Under the pieces are notes generated by a model. It was not told the DNA's origin and ran no database searches. It saw only the letters and a list, made by a program, of their open reading frames with translations. From sequence record SRR20825010_3850: a stretch of DNA of 32,050 nt; one strand, given 5' to 3'. This document shows, piece after piece, positions 26,083 through 32,050 of the stretch (positions are counted from its first letter, which is position 1; each line of letters opens with the position of its first letter). The translations under genes and the position numbers were made by a program.

Positions 26083-26859
26083 ATGTCAGAATATCCGATA
26101 AAAGCTGAATCGGCGGCCGAGAGGGTAGCACGTCATATTGAAGCACTGATCATGGAAGGCTCTCTTCGCCCGGATGAGCCGCTGTTGGCTGAACGAGAGC
26201 TGGCTACACAATTGGATGTTTCACGGCCCACGCTGCGTGATGGGCTAATGATTTTAAAAGAACGTGGGTTGCTTGTTGGAGCCAGAGGGCGCGGAATGCG
26301 TGTCGCCACCTTAGGGGCGACAGCGTTCACGGATCCGCTGATCACGTTGTTCGCCAAACATCCAGAAATTGGAGACGACTATCTGGAATTCCGTGGTGTC
26401 GTTGAGAGTCACGCGGCTGCAATGGCAGCCAAGCGTGCCAATCACGTTGACCATGGTCGTATCAGAGACTGTCTGCGCCAGATTGACGCTGCGAACGAAC
26501 CAGCCCAAGAAGATGAGGCGGACATCGCCCTACATTTAGTTATCTACGAGGCCAGTCATAATAAGGTGCTGTTGCAAATTATGCGAGCGCTGTCGAGCAA
26601 CCTGAAAAGCGACGTAATCCAGAATCGCAGCCATATGTTTAATATTCCTGAGATGCGAGAAGTGCTGCGCAACCAACACCATGCGATTGGGGAGGCGATC
26701 TTGCGTAGAGATCCGGAGACTGCCCAGCATGCCGCGCATGAACATCTAGCTTATATCCGACAAGCCTCAAATAAAATCCAAGCCGCCCAGACAGAACTAA
26801 ACTTGTCCCTTCGCCGCCTCAACGGCGGCGGCATTAGTCTTCCTGCCCAGAAGCAATAA
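26083..26859 (+). CDS. glcC: GntR/FadR-family regulator (GlcC-like)
   Basis: GSLRP...AERELATQLDVSRPTLRD wHTH plus FCD domain (EASHN.VL); divergent from glcDEF. Confidence 0.88.
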   Translation: MSEYPIKAESAAERVARHIEALIMEGSLRPDEPLLAERELATQLDVSRPTLRDGLMILKERGLLVGARGRGMRVATLGATAFTDPLITLFAKHPEIGDDYLEFRGVVESHAAAMAAKRANHVDHGRIRDCLRQIDAANEPAQEDEADIALHLVIYEASHNKVLLQIMRALSSNLKSDVIQNRSHMFNIPEMREVLRNQHHAIGEAILRRDPETAQHAAHEHLAYIRQASNKIQAAQTELNLSLRRLNGGGISLPAQKQ

Positions 26860-26890
26860 CATCTGCAGGCTGCAGATACTGCTCAATCGC

Positions 26891-26934
26891 GCGGCGCTTG
26901 TCTCCATTAGATAACGCCCCAAGCGCCGCTTCTT
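26891..26934 (+). terminator. Possible terminator after glcC
   Basis: GCGGCGCTTG (26891-26900) and CAAGCGCCGC (26920-26929) form a perfect 10-bp stem followed by TTCTT; the loop is long (19 nt). Confidence 0.4.
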
Positions 26935-26946
26935 ACCGCCCTGCTC

Positions 26947-26977
26947 TATGTCCAATAACCTTGCGTTATCGGACGTA
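26947..26977. other. Putative tyrosine-recombinase core site (12-7-12 inverted repeat)
   Basis: TATGTCCAATAA-CCTTGCG-TTATCGGACGTA; arms match at 10/12, with an ATAA-N7-TTAT centre. Confidence 0.6.
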
Positions 26978-27016
26978 AAAATGATATGCTCAAAAACATG
27001 GGTTGTCGCTTTAGTT

Positions 27017-28084
27017 TCATGGCCGGACTCGCCCAAAATCAGCCCTCTCGTCCTCGAAGTTTCCATTCCATCGGGGGACTGGGCTCTTGCTCAATCGCTG
27101 GACTCGTCTTGTGACGATGTCGATCGGGTCCTCTCCCTTGCTGATTGCTGCCCTGCGCCCGTAGGGTGCCCGCGGGATCGGCGCGGCACGTCTGAACAAC
27201 CGCGCGGCCGCCTCAGGCATTGTCGCCATTGGAACCATCCGTTCTCCAAAGAGATCGCCAAGGATAACCAGCGTCAAGACACGCCATCGTACGGAAAGAT
27301 GCTGGAGCGGGGCCGGCGCGCCTACGGCGGCTCGGGCCTCGAAAGGACAGTTCCATCCCTCTTGATCGAACCAAAGCGCCAAGACAGGACGCGCAGCACC
27401 CGCCCGATCAAGCGGTGCCCATAGCGCGCGTATTGTCCGCTCCAAGAGAGCCAGGTGACCCTTATCACCATTGATGATCCGCTCGACCTGCCGCTGAAAC
27501 GTTAGAGTGCCCTCTGTAAATGCCGTGTCTGCACGATCCGCCCGCGCCCCTCCCCTGCCTGTGAGAAGACACTCGCATTTGGCGCAGAACACCCGAAGCA
27601 GACCCGTGCGCAACCTGAACGAAGTCCGCAGGTGGGCACCGCATTCAAGGCAGCGGTCCCGCAGCATCTCTTTGTGAACCGGGCAAACAACCCGTTCAAC
27701 CAACCTCCAATCAGCCCGAATATAGGCGTCCCGCCCCACCGCGACATCCGCATCAAAGCAGGCAAAACATACGGATACACCTCCCCCTCTCGCACTCGAA
27801 ATCCAATCGCGCGGCCGGTTGTGGTGCCTAAATTTCAATGAAAGGCGTTCGAGGCGCGCAGGATCGATCCTGCAGCCCCGCGCCCAAATCTTTAGTAGTT
27901 CCGGGTCAGGCGCTGTGTCATCAATCTGGCGTAGCAACGGTAGGGTATCCCTCTGCCCTGCCATATACGCCGTCATGTCAGGCACCTCCAAACCATAGCG
28001 AGAGGCGACCCGGACCATCCAAGAGGAGAGCAATTCATCCCGAAACGGGCGCGGCGCAACGGGAAGCCGGATCGCTGCTGTCAT
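27017..28084 (-). CDS. tniQ: TniQ-family target-selection protein
   Basis: LPVAPRPFRDELLSSWMVRVA; Cys clusters CFAC, CPVH, LRDRCLECG, CAKC; ATGA overlap with tniB. Confidence 0.9.
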   Translation of the reverse strand: MTAAIRLPVAPRPFRDELLSSWMVRVASRYGLEVPDMTAYMAGQRDTLPLLRQIDDTAPDPELLKIWARGCRIDPARLERLSLKFRHHNRPRDWISSARGGGVSVCFACFDADVAVGRDAYIRADWRLVERVVCPVHKEMLRDRCLECGAHLRTSFRLRTGLLRVFCAKCECLLTGRGGARADRADTAFTEGTLTFQRQVERIINGDKGHLALLERTIRALWAPLDRAGAARPVLALWFDQEGWNCPFEARAAVGAPAPLQHLSVRWRVLTLVILGDLFGERMVPMATMPEAAARLFRRAAPIPRAPYGRRAAISKGEDPIDIVTRRVQRLSKSPVPRWNGNFEDERADFGRVRP

Positions 28085-29016
28085 GCCGAAGCCTGGGGTT
28101 GCGGGGTTTGGCGCGGCCGACGGCGATTGCTCTGCGTCATCGACACCAGCGGCAGTACTAGATCATCTCCGAAACTCTTGGCGTCGAGTCTCTCCCGGCC
28201 AGAGTGAACGGCTGCTTCCGCCGCGGTCTCGATCAAACGGAATATGCGCGCCGTTACACCAGAGGTCAGCGCATGGACCCGTGCCCTGGTCGCGGTGCCC
28301 GTCAGATCGGACGGCTCGCGCAGCGGCAGGATGTGCCCGAGGCTTTTCAGAAGTCCGGCAAAGACGGCATCGTTCTTCCAGGGCTTGAGGTGAAACGCTT
28401 CGAACCGCTCCGCCAATTGCGCATCCGTCAGCAATGCCTGGCGGGCGAGGTCGGTCCCTGCGCAGACCAGGGGAATCCGCAGATCGTTGGCGAGGAATCT
28501 TATGGCATTGAGGAAAATCCGCTGCTGCCTATATGTCCCGGCCAGCATGCCGTTCACCTCGTCGAGAATGATCATCTTCGCCCCGACCGTTCGCAGCAGC
28601 GAGCGGCAGACATCTTTCTCGCGGGCCAATGTGCCCCCGGCCATTGCCGGCGCGCCCATACTGGACAGCAATTCGCGGTAAAGATCCCGCTCGATCGGCT
28701 CGGAGGGTACTTGTGCAACCACCACTGGGCGATGATCGACGCCGGTTACCTGACAGAACTTTGGCGGGTGATCACGTTCAAACTTGCGCACGATCTTGGT
28801 CTTACCCATGCCTGTGTCGCCATAGATCAGCAGACAGGGCATCCGGTCGCGCGGCGGATAGGTAAGCAAGTTTTCAAGGCGTCCAAGCGCCAATCCCGCC
28901 TGATCGAAGCCGATCCAGCGGTCAGCCCTGATCCAGGCAATACGCTCTTCGTCCGAAAGGGCAGCGAACCGTCGATAGTTCGGATCGAGATGTGCGAACT
29001 CCCCTGCCCCGCTCAC
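28081..29016 (-). CDS. tniB: TniB-family AAA+ ATPase (TnsC-like)
   Basis: DRWIG, PRDRMPCLLIYGDTGMGKT (Walker A), MIILDE (Walker B), LANDLRIPLVCAGT, DAQLAERF; GTGA overlap with tniA. Confidence 0.93.
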   Translation of the reverse strand: MSGAGEFAHLDPNYRRFAALSDEERIAWIRADRWIGFDQAGLALGRLENLLTYPPRDRMPCLLIYGDTGMGKTKIVRKFERDHPPKFCQVTGVDHRPVVVAQVPSEPIERDLYRELLSSMGAPAMAGGTLAREKDVCRSLLRTVGAKMIILDEVNGMLAGTYRQQRIFLNAIRFLANDLRIPLVCAGTDLARQALLTDAQLAERFEAFHLKPWKNDAVFAGLLKSLGHILPLREPSDLTGTATRARVHALTSGVTARIFRLIETAAEAAVHSGRERLDAKSFGDDLVLPLVSMTQSNRRRPRQTPQPQASA

Positions 29017-30656
29017 GACCATTCCTCCACTTCGAAACTGGGCACATTGAGGATGTCACCAGATTCTGCATGTTCAAGGTCGTTTTCTTCGATCGCGGCA
29101 GGCTCGACGTTAGCCAGTGCCCGATCTCGCCGTTCCGCAAATCGTCTGGCTTCCCGCGTTTTGCCTGATGCGGCATCAACCAAGGCCCGCTGCTCTTCGA
29201 TCACTGCGAAAATCAGCTCTTCGTCCTCTAGCGATCGACCCCGCTGGCGCAGAACTGTCTGCGCGCGGCGATGCTCTGCCAAAGTGATCGGAGGGTGCCG
29301 CAGATCGGCAAACCGCACAGGGTATCGCTGACCATCCGGGCCCCGCACGAACACGGTGGACAGGTCCCGTGGATCGTAGGACACACGCAACTGTCGCCCC
29401 TGCCTGCCAGCCCAAATACTCAGAACATCGTCCCAGTATCTTAGGCCGAACAGGTGGATACCATCGCGGCGCACCATACGTTCGACAGCAGGCAGAAAGT
29501 CGATCCGAAACCCTTCTGGATCATAGGGGTGTCGCAAGGCCGCATCGCGTCTCTGAACGGCCTCCTGCCAAGCCGCAATCGGTGGAATACCCAAGGATCG
29601 GTGCCGTTCAGCATGATAACGGGTGATTTCAAGAGCAAACCACCGCTCCAGCTCATCCCGCGTCATCGACGAATTTGCTACAGAGTCATAGTCACCACGG
29701 TCTTTGATGTTGCTAAATGTCGACCCGGGCAGCAAATGTGCCGCCCCCATCATCGTTCCGATCAGCCGCTCGATATGACCGCCGTAATGTGGCGATCCGA
29801 TCGGTCGGTACTGCAGCGAAATCCCATGTTCTTCAGCACCACGCCGCATTGCCTTTGAGCGGAACTCCTTGGCGTTATCGACATGAATGGTCTCAGGTAA
29901 CCCCGACGTCGGCCAGTTTGCATCAATGCCCAAACCGTCCAGCCAATCCAGTTTGGGCTGCACAAGATGTTGGACCGCCAAAGAAACCGACAAGGCTGAT
30001 GGCGGTTCCAGTGTCAGATAAAACCCAGCAACCATACGGCTGGCAATGTCGATGGCCAGCGTCACCCAAGGCCTTTGCAGGGGCTTGCGGTGGGAACGGT
30101 CTACAACGATGACATCCACCAAAGTGTGATCGATCTGGACAACCTCGAAAGCCCGCTCAATCCGATAGGTTCCGGCGACAGGATGATAACGACTACGGGC
30201 TGCCTTGGCCCCCTCGCGGGCCGCCACCAATTCGGCAGGGTCTATCGCGGCTACACGGTCGCGGACAGAGGTCCAGCACGGAGCGCGCAGGCCCTGTTGA
30301 CCGCAACGCCTGCGCACTTCCTTGTACAACGCATTGATGCTCGGCTTCTGACGGGACTTGAAGAAGTCCTCAATTGCCGCTGCAATCACGGCCTCGATCG
30401 CTGCCGGCAACCGCCTGCTGCCCGTTTGGGTCCCCGGCGCGCCTGTCAGGAGAGAACTGGTGATCGGCCGCGCCTTATAAGCTCTGATTAGATCGTAAAG
30501 ACGGGATCGTTTGAGACCAAGTTCCCGGCAGGCCGAGAGGAATTCGCGGCGATTAGGTTTGGCCATGCTCGCCAGCCTTCGTATCACTCCTTCACGCGCA
30601 ACCGCCTGTTCCCATGCCGCATCATCTACGGCGTTGATGTCTGAGCGATCCACCAT
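29013..30656 (-). CDS. tniA: TniA/TnsB-like DDE transposase with Mu C-terminal domain
   Basis: VQIDHTLVD, RPWVTLAIDIASR, IHVDNAKEF, RPIGSPHYGGHIER, PGSTFSN, YDPRDLS; ATG 30656. Confidence 0.93.
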   Translation of the reverse strand: MVDRSDINAVDDAAWEQAVAREGVIRRLASMAKPNRREFLSACRELGLKRSRLYDLIRAYKARPITSSLLTGAPGTQTGSRRLPAAIEAVIAAAIEDFFKSRQKPSINALYKEVRRRCGQQGLRAPCWTSVRDRVAAIDPAELVAAREGAKAARSRYHPVAGTYRIERAFEVVQIDHTLVDVIVVDRSHRKPLQRPWVTLAIDIASRMVAGFYLTLEPPSALSVSLAVQHLVQPKLDWLDGLGIDANWPTSGLPETIHVDNAKEFRSKAMRRGAEEHGISLQYRPIGSPHYGGHIERLIGTMMGAAHLLPGSTFSNIKDRGDYDSVANSSMTRDELERWFALEITRYHAERHRSLGIPPIAAWQEAVQRRDAALRHPYDPEGFRIDFLPAVERMVRRDGIHLFGLRYWDDVLSIWAGRQGRQLRVSYDPRDLSTVFVRGPDGQRYPVRFADLRHPPITLAEHRRAQTVLRQRGRSLEDEELIFAVIEEQRALVDAASGKTREARRFAERRDRALANVEPAAIEENDLEHAESGDILNVPSFEVEEWS

Positions 30657-30681
30657 GGCCAAAACCCACAAAAAGGTATCT

Positions 30682-30719
30682 TATGTCCGATAATGAAACT
30701 ATAATCCGGGAATGAAACA
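30682..30719. repeat. Tandem transposase-binding-like repeats overlapping a recombinase-type half-site, between tniA and the recombinase gene
   Basis: GTCCGATAATGAAACT (30685) and ATCCGGGAATGAAACA (30704) at 19-bp period; TATGTCCGATAA at 30682-30693. Confidence 0.6.
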
Positions 30720-30757
30720 GAAACATGAATATAATAATATCAATGGGTTAGATTCCA

Positions 30758-31915
30758 ATGATGAAACAAGAACGACAGGTTAGTCTCACAAATAACAGCA
30801 CCAAAATCGCGGGTTCTTACGGGTCTGAGTCTGAGATTTCGAGCTCAGCACCTAATACCGCGCCGAACAGTGACGAGCGCGACGAGAGAACCTCTCGGGA
30901 CGGAGCCTCAATCGCTCTGCCCGCTCATGTGGCCGGCTCCGGCTCGCTCGACCGGCTGATCGACACCGCCCGTGGCTACGCCGAGGCCTCGACAGCCGGG
31001 AACACGAACAAGGCCTATGCGGCCGACTGGAAACACTTCAGCCGCTGGTGCCGGTTGAAAGGCACGGAACCTCTACCCCCTGCGCCCGAGATGATTGGAC
31101 TTTATGTGGCTGATCTGGCTGCACCAACCGGGAAGGCCCCTGCCCTTTCGGTCTCCACGATCGAGCGCCGTCTCTCGGGGCTTGCCTGGAACTACAGGCA
31201 GCGCGGGTTCACTCTTGATCGCAAGGACCGGCACATCGCCACCGTTCTGGCCGGGATCAAACGCAAGCATGCGCGCCCGCCGGTCCAGAAGGAAGCGATC
31301 TTGCCTGAGGACATCCAGGCCATGGTGGCCACCCTTCCTTTCGATCTCCGCGGGCTTCGAGACCGGGCGATCTTGCTTCTGGGCTATGCAGGCGGCCTGC
31401 GCCGGTCGGAGGTAGTCAGCCTCGACATACACAAGGATGATACACCGGACACCGGCGGCTGGCTCGAGATCTTCGACAAAGGCGCGCTGCTGACGCTTAA
31501 CGCCAAGACCGGGTGGCGCGAGGTCGAGGTCGGGCGCGGCTCAAGCGACCAGACCTGTCCCGTCCACGCGCTTGAGCAATGGCTACACTTCGGAAGCATC
31601 GACTTTGGGCCGGTCTTCGTGCGCATCTCCCGGGATGGCAAAAGCGCCCTCGAGGCGCGCCTCTCCGATAAGCACGTCGCGCGACTGATCAAAGCGACCG
31701 TTCTAAAAAGCGGCGTCAGGTCCGATCTGCCGGAAGCCAAACGGCTGGCAATGTTCTCCGGCCATTCCTTACGCGCCGGGCTCGCCTCGTCGGCAGAGGT
31801 TGATGAGCGCTATGTTCAAAAGCAACTCGGCCATGCGTCGGCCGAGATGACCCGGCGCTATCAGCGCAGGCGCGAAAGGTTCAGGGTGAACCTGACCAAA
31901 GCCGCAGGGCTGTGA
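30758..31915 (+). CDS. Tyrosine recombinase/integrase (Cre-like, with SAM-like N-terminal domain)
   Basis: NTNKAYAADW.HF..WC; LRDRAILLLGYAGGLRRSE (R), AKT (K), GHSLRAG (HxxR), LGHAS..MT.RY (H, Y). Confidence 0.93.
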   Translation: MMKQERQVSLTNNSTKIAGSYGSESEISSSAPNTAPNSDERDERTSRDGASIALPAHVAGSGSLDRLIDTARGYAEASTAGNTNKAYAADWKHFSRWCRLKGTEPLPPAPEMIGLYVADLAAPTGKAPALSVSTIERRLSGLAWNYRQRGFTLDRKDRHIATVLAGIKRKHARPPVQKEAILPEDIQAMVATLPFDLRGLRDRAILLLGYAGGLRRSEVVSLDIHKDDTPDTGGWLEIFDKGALLTLNAKTGWREVEVGRGSSDQTCPVHALEQWLHFGSIDFGPVFVRISRDGKSALEARLSDKHVARLIKATVLKSGVRSDLPEAKRLAMFSGHSLRAGLASSAEVDERYVQKQLGHASAEMTRRYQRRRERFRVNLTKAAGL

Positions 31916-31939
31916 AGCTCAGGAATCTTGACGCGTTGG

Positions 31940-31970
31940 TGAAGCGCTAAGATGAAATTCCAGCGCTTCA
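31940..31970. terminator. Inverted repeat downstream of the recombinase
   Basis: TGAAGCGCT-N13-AGCGCTTCA followed by GTTT. Confidence 0.35.
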
Positions 31971-32050
31971 GTTTCAGCTTACTGCTTCAATTGAAATCGG
32001 GAGCTAAACGCGACACCACAGGTCGTCCTCAGACGTCTCTTCAAGCCCCT

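Larger units (their letters stand above)
27004..32015 (-). mobile_element. Candidate tniABQ transposon with tyrosine recombinase (Tn5053/Tn7-like, ~5.0 kb)
   Basis: Ends TGTCGCTTTAG (27004) and TGTCGCGTTTAG (minus, 32015); repeated GTCCG-N3-ATGAAACT-type motifs at 27013-27028 (inverted), 30685-30700 and 30704-30719. No TSD is visible, so the 32015 end is less certain. Confidence 0.65.

Noticed and set aside
26861-26877. ATCTGCAG-G-CTGCAGAT palindrome right after the glcC stop
   Set aside because: A real inverted repeat but with no U-tract or second copy; no function can be assigned.
26947-26977. XerCD dif/pdif site
   Set aside because: It shares only the ATAA...TTAT centre; the spacer is 7 bp and the XerD arm TTATGTTAAAT is absent.
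28204-29331. 375-aa plus-strand ORF
   Set aside because: Antisense to tniB/tniA, which carry clear motifs; a codon-bias shadow.
26947-30712. Excision of the tni module by recombination between the 26947 site and the 30682 half-site
   Set aside because: The spacers differ (CCTTGCG versus TGAAACT) and the second site has no good right arm; tyrosine recombinases normally need matching spacers.
27004-32050. CRISPR-associated transposon (CAST) interpretation of tniABQ
   Set aside because: No cas gene or repeat-spacer array was seen anywhere in the window.

Overview
This is an accessory (plasmid or island) region of an alphaproteobacterium, probably Rhodobacteraceae/Roseobacter-like (inferred from gene content). 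It has three zones. (1) 1-7130 is an IS graveyard: the 3' end and long non-coding right end of an IS110-family element, an IS6 pseudogene, an MscS channel, an intact-looking ISL3, an intact IS3 (GATC target duplication, G-GGA-AAC frameshift) sitting inside a gene remnant, a small membrane protein and a truncated IS5. (2) 7108-26859 is a ~20 kb catabolic island: gamma-carbonic-anhydrase-like gene, TctABC transporter, class III CoA-transferase, AgpS-like FAD oxidoreductase, LysR, GMC oxidoreductase, TRAP transporter, aldehyde dehydrogenase, glcDEF and glcC. An orphan Tn3-family 38-bp IR lies inside it. (3) 27004-32015 is a candidate ~5 kb transposon: tniA-tniB-tniQ plus a divergent tyrosine recombinase in place of a serine resolvase. 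Its end sits 26 bp from a tyrosine-recombinase-type core site whose half-sites match a sequence inside the element. The two best candidates for novelty are this possible 'tyrosine-recombinase-site hunter' transposon and a possible ether/glycol-type catabolic pathway. Family assignments come from motif recognition only; no searches were run.
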